The notes beneath the pieces were generated by a model, which was not told where the DNA came from, did no database searches, and was given only the letters and a program-made list of their open reading frames with translations. The translations under genes were made by a program, and so were the position numbers. From the NCBI GenBank assembly GCA_038212275.1, contig JBBQUR010000014.1, forward strand, positions 64,001 through 128,000: a stretch of 64,000 nucleotides of DNA, in the 5' to 3' direction. This document shows, piece after piece, positions 47,201 through 57,363 of this stretch. Source of the stretch: Planctomycetota bacterium (lineage in GTDB: Bacteria > Planctomycetota > B15-G4). The stretch's first letter is position 1; every line of letters starts with the position of its first letter.

Positions 47201-50058
47201 TTCGGGCGGATGGACGCCTTGCGCGGCAGCAGCACGGAAGCCAGCGCGCGCCCGGTGTGCGAGGCCTCCACCGCGAGCACCTGCTCCGGCGTGCCCACGG
47301 CCACGATGTGGCCGCCATCGCGGCCGCCCTCGGGGCCGAGATCCACGATCCAGTCCGCCACCTTCATCACGTCGAGGTTGTGCTCGACGACGATCATCGA
47401 GTTGCCGGCGTCGATGAGCCTCTGCAGCGCGGACAGCAGCACGGCGACATCCTCGAAGTGCAGGCCCGTCGTCGGCTCGTCGAGGATGTAGAGCGTGCGC
47501 CCGGTGCTCGGCCGCGCGAGTTCGCTGGCCAGCTTCATGCGCTGCGCCTCGCCGCCGGACAGCGTCGTGGACGGCTGCCCGAGCTGCACGTAGCCGAGGC
47601 CGACGTCGAGCAGGGCGTCGAGGACGCGCCGGATGCGCTTGTGATGCTCGAAGAAGGCGGCCGCCTCGGTGACGGTCATCGCCAGCACGTGGTCGATCGC
47701 CCGGCCGCGGTACAGGACCTCCAGCGTCTCGGTGTTGTAGCGGCGCCCCAGGCACTGCTCGCACGGCACCTCGACGTCCGCGAGGAACTGCATCTCGATG
47801 GTGTTCACGCCCGCGCCCTGGCAGGCCTCGCAGCGTCCGCCGGACACGTTGAACGAGAAGCGCCCCTTCGGATAGCCGCGCACCTGCGCTTCGGGCGTGC
47901 CGGCGAACACGTCGCGGATCAGGTCCATGAGGCCGGTGTAGGTGGCCGGGTTGCTGCGCGGCGTGCGGCCGATCGGCAGCTGGTCGATCTCCACGACCTT
48001 GTCGATGGCTTCGATGCCGGTCAGCGAGGAGAAGCTGCCCGGTGCGTCTTCCGCGTGGTGAAGCTTGCGCGCCAGCTCGCGCTTGAGCACGTGGTCCACC
48101 AGCGTGGACTTGCCCGAGCCCGACACCCCCGTGACCACCACGAGGCAGCCCAGCGGGAACTCGACGCTGATGTTCTTGAGGTTGAACTGATCCACGCCCG
48201 CGAGCGTCAGGAATTTGCCGTTGCCCGGGCGCCGCTGCGTCGGCACTTCGATGCGCCGGCGGCCGAGCAGGTAGTCGGTGGTCGGCGTGGGCGGACCGGC
48301 GAGCACATCGTCGATCGGGCCGCAGGCGAGCACGTGGCCGCCGAGGCTGCCGGCGCCCGGCCCGAGATCCACGATGGAGTCGCTCGCGCGGATCGTCTCC
48401 TCGTCGTGTTCGACGACGAGCACCGTGTTGCCGCGATCGCGCAGCGCGTGCAGCGTGTCGATGAGCCGGCCATTGTCGCGCGGATGCAGGCCGATGGACG
48501 GTTCGTCGAGCACGTAGAGCACGCCCTGCAGGCCCGAGCCCACCTGGCTGGCCAGGCGCACGCGCTGGCTCTCGCCGCCCGAGAGCGAGCGTGCCTCGCG
48601 GTCGAGGCGCAGATACGGCAGCCCCACCGCCTGCAGAAAGCCGAGCCGGCTCCCGATCTCCTTGACGAGCTGGCGTCCGATGGCGGTCTCGCGCGGATTG
48701 AGTTCCAGCGCTGCGAACCACGCGACGGCATCCTCGACGGAAAGCGCGGCGAGCTCCGTGATGGGCACGTCGCGGAAAGTCACCGCGCGCGCCGCGGCAT
48801 TCATGCGGCTGCCCTTGCACTCCGGACAGACGGCCGCGGAAAGAAAACGCTCCGCGGCCGCATGGCCGGGCGTGCTCGCTGCGCGTGCGATCGCGGGCAG
48901 GATGCCTTCGAAGGGCTTCGTGTCCTTGCCGCGCACCTCCTTGCCGCCGTCCTGCGACTTCCAGCTCCACTCGAGCGTGACCTCGCGCGTGCCCGATCCG
49001 TGCAGCAGCACGTGGCGCGCGCGCGCCGGCAGGTCCTTCCACGCCTTGTCCAGGTCGATGTCGAAGGCGGCGGCCACGGCCGCGAGGCTCTTCGGTCCCA
49101 GTCGCACGTAGCCGAGGTAGCCGCTGCGATCCATGATCTTCAGCGCGCCGTTGCGGATGGACAGCCGGTCGTCGGCGATGAGCTTGTGCGCGTCGGGCTG
49201 CTGCGTGCTGCCGAGGCCGTCGCAGTCGGGACACGCGCCGTGAGGCGAGTTGAACGAGAACAGCCGGGGTTCCAGCTCCGGGAAGTCGCCGTGGCCGTCG
49301 GGGCAGGTGTTGGCGGTGGAGAAAGTCTCCGCGCTGCCGTCGTCGCCGCGCACGACCAGGAAGCCGTCGCCCAGCACGGCGGCGGATTCGATGGCCTCGG
49401 CGAGGCGCGCGCGGCGCTCGAGGTCGGGCTTGAGGCGGTCCACGACGAGCTCGATCGTGTGGCGGCTGTTGCGGGCCAGTTCGATCGGTTCGTCGAGGCG
49501 GCGCTCGGTGCCGTCGATCCACGCGCGCGTGAAGCCCTTGAGCAGCCAGCCCTGAAGATCCTTGCGGTACTCGCCCTTGCGATCGCGCACCACCGGCGCC
49601 AGCACGGCGATGCGCCGGCCGGCGTGCTTATGGAGGACGGTGTCCACGATCTGGTCGAGCGTCTGGCCCGAGACGCGCGCACCGCACTCGGGACAGTGCG
49701 GCGTGCCGAGTCGCGCATAGAGCAGGCGCAGGTGATCCCACACCTCGGTGATGGTGCCCACGGTCGAGCGCGGGTTCCTGTTCACCGTCTTCTGGTCGAT
49801 GAGCAGCGTCGGCGAGAGGCCGTCGATGCGGTCGACCTTGGGCTTCTCCATGCGCCCGAGGAACTGCCGCGCGTAGGACGAGAGGCTCTCGACGTAGCGG
49901 CGCTGGCCCTCCTGGTAGATCGTGTCGAAGGCGAGACTGCTCTTGCCCGACCCGGACACGCCGGTGATGGTCGTGAGCGCGAGGCGCGGGATGGTCACGT
50001 CCACGTGCTGCAGGTTGTGCTCGCTCGCGCCGCGCACGACGATGTCGTTGAGCGTCAT
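44239..50058 (-). CDS. uvrA: Excinuclease ABC subunit A, tandem-fused double-length form (1939 aa)
   Basis: Four Walker A motifs (GVSGSGKSS, GVSGSGKST, GPSGSGKTS, GVSGSGKSS), four LSGGExQR signatures, Zn fingers in both halves; junction near 47170-47230. Confidence 0.97.
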   Translation of the reverse strand: MTLNDIVVRGASEHNLQHVDVTIPRLALTTITGVSGSGKSSLAFDTIYQEGQRRYVESLSSYARQFLGRMEKPKVDRIDGLSPTLLIDQKTVNRNPRSTVGTITEVWDHLRLLYARLGTPHCPECGARVSGQTLDQIVDTVLHKHAGRRIAVLAPVVRDRKGEYRKDLQGWLLKGFTRAWIDGTERRLDEPIELARNSRHTIELVVDRLKPDLERRARLAEAIESAAVLGDGFLVVRGDDGSAETFSTANTCPDGHGDFPELEPRLFSFNSPHGACPDCDGLGSTQQPDAHKLIADDRLSIRNGALKIMDRSGYLGYVRLGPKSLAAVAAAFDIDLDKAWKDLPARARHVLLHGSGTREVTLEWSWKSQDGGKEVRGKDTKPFEGILPAIARAASTPGHAAAERFLSAAVCPECKGSRMNAAARAVTFRDVPITELAALSVEDAVAWFAALELNPRETAIGRQLVKEIGSRLGFLQAVGLPYLRLDREARSLSGGESQRVRLASQVGSGLQGVLYVLDEPSIGLHPRDNGRLIDTLHALRDRGNTVLVVEHDEETIRASDSIVDLGPGAGSLGGHVLACGPIDDVLAGPPTPTTDYLLGRRRIEVPTQRRPGNGKFLTLAGVDQFNLKNISVEFPLGCLVVVTGVSGSGKSTLVDHVLKRELARKLHHAEDAPGSFSSLTGIEAIDKVVEIDQLPIGRTPRSNPATYTGLMDLIRDVFAGTPEAQVRGYPKGRFSFNVSGGRCEACQGAGVNTIEMQFLADVEVPCEQCLGRRYNTETLEVLYRGRAIDHVLAMTVTEAAAFFEHHKRIRRVLDALLDVGLGYVQLGQPSTTLSGGEAQRMKLASELARPSTGRTLYILDEPTTGLHFEDVAVLLSALQRLIDAGNSMIVVEHNLDVMKVADWIVDLGPEGGRDGGHIVAVGTPEQVLAVEASHTGRALASVLLPRKASIRPKRKSPEAAVVGHDLVVRGASLHNLQSVDVTVPHGKLTVVTGPSGSGKTSLAFDTIFAEGQRRFVESLSTYARRFLERMDRPPVDSIDGLAPAIAIDQKTSTRNPRSTVATTTEVHDYLRLLFGRVGHPHCWTCGRELKAWSASAAAADLVARAGGAKVVIAAPLWSAEHNHRTALTRPDEIAALSAELRKDGFVRARLDGVEVRLDALPEVSAQRSVELIIDRTSADAAHRARLAEALASAQQRGLGLARAHLADGSTIDYEARAACARCGTALEGELSPRMFSFNSHAGACETCEGLGSKQVADEKRLIDSPGRPLFGGAMNSRVGKFLARPDSLQRQVLVRLAESMDVELRDPWKSLPAKFRAAALRGTGVRAPVEVSYARKSAGQSRSYEYRVEWDGLLTTVEGWWRSAGNDGWWQAALTELLHVGPCPSCKGGRLRPAALATTVGGLNIRQVAELTVGDARAWFDALDLPAHERHIAVDVLREIGNRLGFLVNVGLNYLSLDRPASTLSGGEAQRIRLASQLGNRLVGVLYVLDEPSIGLHPRDQGRLLDTLRELRDLGNTILVVEHDQQTIEAADHVIDVGPGAGTRGGRIVAQGTPSALLSNPDSVTGGWLSGALRVEPRARREPGAQGIELRGARLHNLAGLDVRFPAGLFTVVTGVSGSGKSSLVSGLLVPAVRAQLEGLGEGAIKLDGIDGASCFDRLLEIDQSPLGRSPTSNAATYCGAFDDIRALFASTPEARMRGFLAGRFSSNVAGGRCETCQGRGVEIIEMHFLSDVQLPCESCNGRRFNRQTLEVRWKGLSIADVLDLEVDQALGVFEGHTGIHRKLALFDEVGLGYLKLGQPATTLSGGEAQRVKLAAELGRPGTGRALIVLDEPTTGLHMSDVARLLVVLQRMVEQGNTVVVIEHNIDVIKSADWVIDLGPEGGAGGGQLVVAGSPETVAACAQSHTGRFLRAAPVLPGGVDAAAGLGKGRPRGRRGART

Positions 50059-50879
50059 GACGGCGTCCCCTGCGCGGGGGATCCGGCGGGCTGCCGGCCC
50101 GCGAGCACCGCGAGGATGTCCGCGTGCAGGCCGGGTCCGCAGGCCACGGCCGAGCGACCGTGCAACCAGTCGTCGCCACCGGTCATGTCGGTCACGAGGC
50201 CGCCGGCCTCGCGCACGAGCAGCGCTCCCGCCGCGACGTCCCAGGGCGAAAGGTGCGGCTCCCACAGGCCATCGAGCCGACCCGCGGCCACGTAGGCCAG
50301 GTCCAGCGCCGCGCTGCCGCAACGGCGCATGCCGCGCACGCGCAGCACCATGTCGGCGAAGTGCCCCACGTTGTTGTCGGCCAGTTCGCGGCGCTTGTAG
50401 GCGAAGCCCGTCGCGAGCACGCTCTCGATGAGCGTGCTCTTGCGCGAGACCGCGAGGCGACGGCCGTCCAGAGTCGCGCCAAGGCCTGCTGCCGCCGCGA
50501 AGGTCTCACGCAGGCGCGGCGCGTGGACGACCGCGGCCAACGGACGCGGCCCGTCGTAGCAGGCGATGGAGACCGCGAAGAAGGGGTGCGCCTGGCTGAA
50601 GTTCACCGTGCCGTCGAGCGGGTCGATGTACCAGGTCGGGCCGGCGAGCGCCGTGTCGTGCACTTCCTCCTCGGCGCAGATCGCGTGACCGGGCCAGCGG
50701 GCCCGCACGCGCTCCACGATGAGCCGCTCGGACGCGACGTCCGCGTCGGTCACGGGATCGATCGCGCCCTTCATCCGCGGCGGCCGCGGAAAGGGAGCGT
50801 CGTGCGCCAGGAGCACCTCGCCCGCGGCGTGCGCCGTGTCGACGGCAAAGGCGAGAAGGGCTGCAGGATCGAGGCTCAC
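50055..50879 (-). CDS. suhB: Inositol monophosphatase family protein
   Basis: VTDAD, AEE, WYIDPLDGTVNF, RRCGSAALDLAYVAAGR, PWDVAAG. Confidence 0.9.
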   Translation of the reverse strand: MSLDPAALLAFAVDTAHAAGEVLLAHDAPFPRPPRMKGAIDPVTDADVASERLIVERVRARWPGHAICAEEEVHDTALAGPTWYIDPLDGTVNFSQAHPFFAVSIACYDGPRPLAAVVHAPRLRETFAAAAGLGATLDGRRLAVSRKSTLIESVLATGFAYKRRELADNNVGHFADMVLRVRGMRRCGSAALDLAYVAAGRLDGLWEPHLSPWDVAAGALLVREAGGLVTDMTGGDDWLHGRSAVACGPGLHADILAVLAGRQPAGSPAQGTPS

Positions 50880-50886
50880 GGCGGTC

Positions 50887-52308
50887 TCAGGATCGATCGA
50901 AGAGGGCGCGACAGATCGAATCCTGGATCGCCTTCATCTGTCCGTTGTCGTACTTCGACTGGTAGTCGTTGATGAGGATGGAGAACGCATAGGTGCGTCC
51001 CGAGCGCGAACGCACATAGCCCGAAAGCGTCGACACGCCATGGATGAAGCCGGTCTTTGCGCGGACCGCACCTCGGTAGGGTTCGTCGGTGAGGCGATTT
51101 TCGAGCGATCCGTCGCTGCCCGAGACGGGCAGCGCGCGCAGGTAGGTGTCGCGCACCGCCGCCGGCGCGTGCTCCATCGCCACCAGCGTGTCGGTGAGCA
51201 GCCGGGCCGTGACGCGATTGCCCGGCGAGAGTCCCGAGCCATCGCGCAGCACGACGCCCCCGAGCGGCGTGCCCACCTGCCGCGCCAGGAAGTCAGCCAC
51301 CGCCGCCGTGCCGCTGGCGAACGAACCGACCTGACCGCCGCGCGCCCCGAGCAACTTCACCAGATGATCGCTGATCGAGTTGTCGCTTTCCTTGAGCGCG
51401 ACCACGACCGCGTTGCCCAGCGGCGTCTCGAGCGACTGCAGCTGCACCGGATCCCGCAGCGCGGCCGCCGCGCCAGGACCGAAGGCCAGCCCGCCATCGA
51501 TGACCAGGCCGCGTGCAGCCGCCTGCGCCAGCAGGCAACGCCCGGCGAAGTCCGACGGGTCATGCACCGGCACGCCGAAGTTGCGCAGACCCACGGAGCG
51601 CCCGATCTCGCCTTGCACGCGCACGACGCCCTGCTCGTCGGGAATCACCGCTCCGACCTTGCACAAGGTCGACTTGTCGGCGAGACGCAGCTCGTTGCGG
51701 ATGCGGTACCCGCTCGCCTCCGTGATGAAGCGCACCGTCGGCGAGGCGCCGCCGTCCACCTGATATTCGAGCACGTTGCCGTGCAGCGACAGTGCCCCGA
51801 TGGGAGCGCCGTACGTGGACTGCACGTCACCCGCCGGCCAGTCGGGGTGCACCCATTCGTGATCCATGAGACCGTCGTCGATGACCAGCCTGCCGGTGAT
51901 GCGGCGCACGCCCGACAATTGCGCGAGATCGATGAGCAGCGCGGCCGGATCCTTGACGCGTTCATGCGCCAGCAGGTCGGCGCGCAGGCACGGGTCACCG
52001 CCGCCGACGACGATGAGGTCGCCGTGCAGCACCCCGTCCGCATCGGGGCGACTGGCGGCCACGAGGCGCGTCGTGAAGTGGTAGTCGGGTCCGAGCAGCG
52101 TGAGCGCGGCCGCCGTGGTGAGCAGCTTCATGTTGCTCGCCGGTGCCAGCGGCTCGTCGATGTGCCGCGCGAAGACGCGCTCTCCGGTGCTCGTGTCCAC
52201 CACGGCGATCGCGACGTGGGCGCCCTTGAGCTCGGGCCGTCCGAGTGCCGCCTCGATGCTGTCTCCGGGAGCCGTCAGCGTGAGGCAGGTGAAGAGCAGC
52301 GCGAGCAT
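50887..52308 (-). CDS. dacB: D-alanyl-D-alanine carboxypeptidase/endopeptidase PBP4 (peptidase S13)
   Basis: PASNMK (SxxK), GGGDP, SDN (SxN), DGSGLS, AKTG (KTG). Confidence 0.95.
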   Translation of the reverse strand: MLALLFTCLTLTAPGDSIEAALGRPELKGAHVAIAVVDTSTGERVFARHIDEPLAPASNMKLLTTAAALTLLGPDYHFTTRLVAASRPDADGVLHGDLIVVGGGDPCLRADLLAHERVKDPAALLIDLAQLSGVRRITGRLVIDDGLMDHEWVHPDWPAGDVQSTYGAPIGALSLHGNVLEYQVDGGASPTVRFITEASGYRIRNELRLADKSTLCKVGAVIPDEQGVVRVQGEIGRSVGLRNFGVPVHDPSDFAGRCLLAQAAARGLVIDGGLAFGPGAAAALRDPVQLQSLETPLGNAVVVALKESDNSISDHLVKLLGARGGQVGSFASGTAAVADFLARQVGTPLGGVVLRDGSGLSPGNRVTARLLTDTLVAMEHAPAAVRDTYLRALPVSGSDGSLENRLTDEPYRGAVRAKTGFIHGVSTLSGYVRSRSGRTYAFSILINDYQSKYDNGQMKAIQDSICRALFDRS

Positions 52309-52364
52309 CGAACGTGTCCCCTGGCCGGAGGCGGGTCAATCGGCGAGCAGTGCCGGACGGCCCT

Positions 52365-53156
52365 TCAGCGGACCAGCGGCACGATCAGGCCATCTTCTGC
52401 CAGTGTCAGCCGTCCTTCAAATGCTGTCCGTGCCTGAAGCTCGATCGGTTCGGACAGAACCGGAGGGTAGAAGTGCGTGAGCAGCAGGTGCCGAGCGCCG
52501 CAGGCCCGCGCCACCCGCCCCGCCCGGGTGGGCGTCAGGTGCCCGTCGATCGGGCGATCGTCGGGCGCGGCGGCCTCAAGCACGAACAGGTCCGCCTCCC
52601 GTCCCAGAGCCTCCAGCGCCGCGCCCTCCGTGGCGTCCCCCGAGAAAGCGACGACAAGGCCGTCCGGCAGCGTGATCCGGTAGCCAAGCGAGCCGGCCGT
52701 GTGGGCGACCGCGAAGGCCTCCACGCGCGTGGCCGATGGCGAAGGCAGCGGCAGCGCCAGCGGCCCGGGGCCGACCGACCTGACGAGCAACTGGCGCTCG
52801 TCGAGTCCCAGCCGGCCGGGCCAGGCATTCCGCAGGCGCGACACGAGCAGTGCCACCGACGCATCACCCGCCACCACGAACGGATGCGGTCGCGACGCCA
52901 GCATCGGGTTGCGCAGCGCGAACTGCAGCGCGACGAGGTCCGAGCAATGGTCCGGGTGCGTGTGCGTGATGAGGGCGGCATCCATGCTGTCCAGCGGATA
53001 ACCGGCCTGCGCCGCGCGGTGCAGCGCGCCGGGCCCGAGGTCCACGAGCAGCACGAGGCCTGCGCCGTCGTCCACGAGGTAGCAACTCGTCGCGCGGTCG
53101 GCGCGTGGCAGCGCCGTGCCCGAGCCGAGGACGATCAGCCGCGCCGTGCTGCCCAT
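52365..53156 (-). CDS. MBL-fold metallo-hydrolase (RNase Z/phosphodiesterase-like)
   Basis: LGSGT, DLGPG, THTHPDH (HxHxDH), SGD, GHLT, LLLTHFYP. Confidence 0.88.
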   Translation of the reverse strand: MGSTARLIVLGSGTALPRADRATSCYLVDDGAGLVLLVDLGPGALHRAAQAGYPLDSMDAALITHTHPDHCSDLVALQFALRNPMLASRPHPFVVAGDASVALLVSRLRNAWPGRLGLDERQLLVRSVGPGPLALPLPSPSATRVEAFAVAHTAGSLGYRITLPDGLVVAFSGDATEGAALEALGREADLFVLEAAAPDDRPIDGHLTPTRAGRVARACGARHLLLTHFYPPVLSEPIELQARTAFEGRLTLAEDGLIVPLVR

Positions 53157-54091
53157 GCGTGCGCCACCATGGTGTCGATGTCGGTGAAGCGCGGCTGCCA
53201 GCGCAGTTCGCTGCGGGCACGCTCGGCGCGCGCGTAAAGCTCCGGCGGGTCGCCGGGCCGGCGCGGGCCGGTGCGCGTGGCCAGAGGCAGGCCCGTCACA
53301 CGCCGCACGGCATCCAGCACCTCCTTCACCGAGAAGCCGCGGCCGTAGCCGAGGTTGGCCGTGAGCGACGGGCCGCCCGCGAGCAGCCGGTCCACGGCGA
53401 GCGCATGCGCCGCCGAGAGGTCCTCGACATGCACGTAGTCGCGCACGCAGGTGCCGTCGGGCGTCGGATAGTCGTCGCCGTTGATGACGAGTTCGCTTCC
53501 GTCGCGCGCGGCAGCCAGCGCCAGCGGGATGAGATGGGTCTCGGGATCGTGCCGCTCCGCAAGCACGCCGTCGGCCGAGGCGCCTGCCGCATTGAAGTAG
53601 CGGAAGGTGACGTGCCGAAGCCCGGGCGCCGCCGCGATCTCGCGCTCCATGACGGACTTGGTCTCGCCGTAGACGTTGATCGGACGATGCGGCAGGTCCT
53701 CGTCCATGGGCAGCCGTTCGGGCATGCCGAACACGGCGCAGGTGGAGGAGAAGACGAGCTGTGAGCAGCCCGCCTCCGCCATGGCCGAGAGCAGCGAGCG
53801 CGTGCCGTCGCGATTGACGCGCCAGTAGAGCGCCGGATCCTCCATGGATTCGCCGACGTAGCAGCGCGCGGCGAAATGCAGCACACACTCGGCGTCATGT
53901 CGGCGCAGGCTGTCGGCCAGCAGGCGCGTGTCGAGGATGTCGCCCTGCACAAGCGGCACGTCGAGCAGTGCGTCCGCGTGTCCCTCGGAAAGGTCGTCGT
54001 AGGCGAGCACCGAGTGCCCCGCGCGCCGCAGTGCACGCACGACGTGACTGCCGATGTATCCCGCGCCGCCGGTCGCCAGCAATCTGCCCAC
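53135..54091 (-). CDS. galE: UDP-glucose 4-epimerase
   Basis: TGGAGYIGSH, HFAA..VGES, FSSTCA, YGETK, RYFNAAGA, PETHLIP, DGTCVRDYVHV. Confidence 0.93.
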   Translation of the reverse strand: MGRLLATGGAGYIGSHVVRALRRAGHSVLAYDDLSEGHADALLDVPLVQGDILDTRLLADSLRRHDAECVLHFAARCYVGESMEDPALYWRVNRDGTRSLLSAMAEAGCSQLVFSSTCAVFGMPERLPMDEDLPHRPINVYGETKSVMEREIAAAPGLRHVTFRYFNAAGASADGVLAERHDPETHLIPLALAAARDGSELVINGDDYPTPDGTCVRDYVHVEDLSAAHALAVDRLLAGGPSLTANLGYGRGFSVKEVLDAVRRVTGLPLATRTGPRRPGDPPELYARAERARSELRWQPRFTDIDTMVAHAWAARRG

Positions 54092-54286
54092 GAGCCGAGT
54101 CTAGCGGGCGCATCGCTCGCGGAAAACATTTCTCGCGGAGGTCCGAAGATCGGCCGCCGGCGACACGCCGATGCGTGCCGACAGCAGGCTCTTCCGCGCA
54201 CGCTCATCGTGTACCATTGCCCCGCTTCCGGGCGCCTTTCACCGTGTGGCCCCGGCTCGTGACACGTCGCACCAGCGGAGACAACC

Positions 54287-55195
54287 ATGACCTCTTCCAC
54301 CAGCGAAATACCCACGCTCGAAGGCCACCTCGATGGCCTGCACCGGCTGCACAGCGGCAAGGTGCGGGACATCTTTGCCGTCGACGACCACCGCATGCTG
54401 CTCGTGGCCACGGACCGCGTGTCGGCCTACGACGTTGTGCTCCCGCAGCGCATCGCCGACAAGGGCAAGGTGCTCACGAGCCTCAGCGCCTTCTGGTTCC
54501 GCGAGATCGGCACGCAGGTGCGCAATCACGTCATCGAGACCGACGTGCACAAGATGCCGCCCGCCATCGCCCGCCACGCCGACCTGTTCGCCGGCCGCGC
54601 CATGCTGGTGCACAAGGCCGTGCCGATGAAGGCCGAATTCATCGTGCGCGGCTACCTCGTCGGGTCCGGCTGGACCGAGTACCAGAAGACGGGCTCGGTG
54701 TGCGGCCACGTGCTTCCCAAGGGTCTTGTCGAGGCCTCGCGCCTGCCCGAGCCGATTCTCACGCCCAGCACCAAGGCGCCGGCCGGTCATCACGACGAGA
54801 ACATCACCATCCAGCAGCTGGCGCACATCGTCGGCGTGAAGGAGGCCAGCAAGGCCGGCGCGCTCGCGCTCGCGCTCTACAACCATGCGTCGGCCTACGC
54901 GGCCGAACGCGGCATCATCCTGGCCGACACCAAGCTCGAATTCGGCACCTTCAACGGCGAGGTCATGCTCATCGACGAAGTCTTCACGCCGGATTCCTCG
55001 CGCTACTGGGCGGCAAAGGACTGGAAGCCGGGCAAGACGCCTGCGAGCTACGACAAGCAGATCGTGCGCGACGCCCTGGTGGCCACCGGCTGGAACAAGC
55101 AGCCGCCCGCGCCCCTGCTCGCGCCCACCGTGCTGGAGCACGCCCGCAACCGCTACCTCGAAATTCACCGCCTGCTCACGGGACACGAACTCTGA
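54287..55195 (+). CDS. purC: SAICAR synthetase
   Basis: SGKVRDI, TDRVSAYD, VRGYL, TPSTKA, ADTKLEFG, DEVFTPDSSRYW, DKQ. Confidence 0.96.
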   Translation: MTSSTSEIPTLEGHLDGLHRLHSGKVRDIFAVDDHRMLLVATDRVSAYDVVLPQRIADKGKVLTSLSAFWFREIGTQVRNHVIETDVHKMPPAIARHADLFAGRAMLVHKAVPMKAEFIVRGYLVGSGWTEYQKTGSVCGHVLPKGLVEASRLPEPILTPSTKAPAGHHDENITIQQLAHIVGVKEASKAGALALALYNHASAYAAERGIILADTKLEFGTFNGEVMLIDEVFTPDSSRYWAAKDWKPGKTPASYDKQIVRDALVATGWNKQPPAPLLAPTVLEHARNRYLEIHRLLTGHEL

Positions 55196-55704
55196 TGGCC
55201 ATCCCCGATATCGTCTGGGTCCTCGGCAGCGACAGCGACCTGCCCCACATCAGCGATGGGCTTGCCGCGCTCGCCGAACTCAACATCCTCACCGAAGTGC
55301 GCATCCTCTCGGCGCACCGCTCGCCCGATGCCGTGGATGAGCTGTCCCGCGGCGCACGCGCGCGCGGCGTCAAGGTGCTCATCGGCGTGGCGGGCGGCGC
55401 GGCGCACCTGCCGGGCGTGCTCGCGGCACGCACCACGCTGCCGGTGATCGGCGTGCCCATCCCGACCGACATGGCGGGCGGCCTCGATTCGCTGCTGTCC
55501 ATCGTGCAGATGCCTGCCGGCATCCCCGTGGCCACCGTGGCGGCGGGCAAGTCGGGCGGCCGCAATGCCGCACTGCTGGCGGCGCAGATCATCGGAGTCG
55601 CCGACGCACGCGTGGCGAAGGCGCTGGACTCGGCGCGCGCCGCGATGACGCAGAAAGTGCTTGCCCGCGACAAGGAAAAGGGTCTGCGCCTCGGCGCGGT
55701 CTGA
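55195..55704 (+). CDS. purE: N5-CAIR mutase
   Basis: GSDSD, SAHR, AGGAAHLPG, PVIGVP, SIVQMPAGIPVATV; TGATG overlap with purC. Confidence 0.96.
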   Translation: MAIPDIVWVLGSDSDLPHISDGLAALAELNILTEVRILSAHRSPDAVDELSRGARARGVKVLIGVAGGAAHLPGVLAARTTLPVIGVPIPTDMAGGLDSLLSIVQMPAGIPVATVAAGKSGGRNAALLAAQIIGVADARVAKALDSARAAMTQKVLARDKEKGLRLGAV

Positions 55705-55712
55705 ACGCTTCG

Positions 55713-56828
<1,116 letters not shown>

Positions 56829-56860
56829 GGGCAGCTTCTTGCCCGAAGGAGTTTTTCGTC

Positions 56861-57163
56861 ATGGCCACTTCGCCTCGAAAGAGCAAGCGCGTTCCCGGAA
56901 CGCCCCCCAGCGCACGCGCTGATTCCGAGACGGCATCCACGCGCACCTCGTCGCGCTCGGCCAAACGCCGCAGCCCGAAGGAGCCGCCCGCGGACCCCGA
57001 GGTCCTCGAAGTGGAGCGCGTCGAGTTCCTGCGCGCGATGGACCGCTACAAGCGCAAGACCGGCAAGACCTTCCCCAGCTGGACGGAAGTGCTCGACGTG
57101 CTGCGCTCCATCGGCTGGAGTTCGCCGGCGCGCTTCGACGGCACGAGACACACGACGGGTTGA
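56861..57163 (+). CDS. Small conserved hypothetical protein
   Basis: AAGGAG RBS; basic low-complexity N-terminus then EFLRAMDRYKRKTGKTFPSWTEVLDVLRSIGW, which I recall from planctomycete proteins. Confidence 0.72.
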   Translation: MATSPRKSKRVPGTPPSARADSETASTRTSSRSAKRRSPKEPPADPEVLEVERVEFLRAMDRYKRKTGKTFPSWTEVLDVLRSIGWSSPARFDGTRHTTG

Positions 57164-57233
57164 GCGGCGGTGCGACGGCTTTGTTTCGCGGTCTCACCGG
57201 GGGTGCTGACCGCGCTGGGGCCGAGGAAGATGT

Positions 57234-57363
57234 GAGTCGCTTGGGGCGGGGGGTGCGCGGGGCGGGAGGATTGTCCGGCGCTGCGCCCCTGGGGCAACAG
57301 GACGCGTCATGGTTCCGGGAGCGGCGCCCTTCGCGCCGGACAAACCTCCCGTCCCGCGCACGC
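57234..57363 (+). repeat. 130-bp self-complementary repeat, copy 1
   Basis: 126/130 identical to the reverse complement of 57975-58104; internal 29-bp stem at 57253-57281/57333-57361. Confidence 0.92.

Noticed and set aside
44467..50295. 1942-aa plus-strand ORF
   Set aside because: Antisense shadow of uvrA.
54287..55704. purE without an adjacent purK as a sign of an unusual pathway
   Set aside because: purK may lie elsewhere in the genome; one window cannot show absence.
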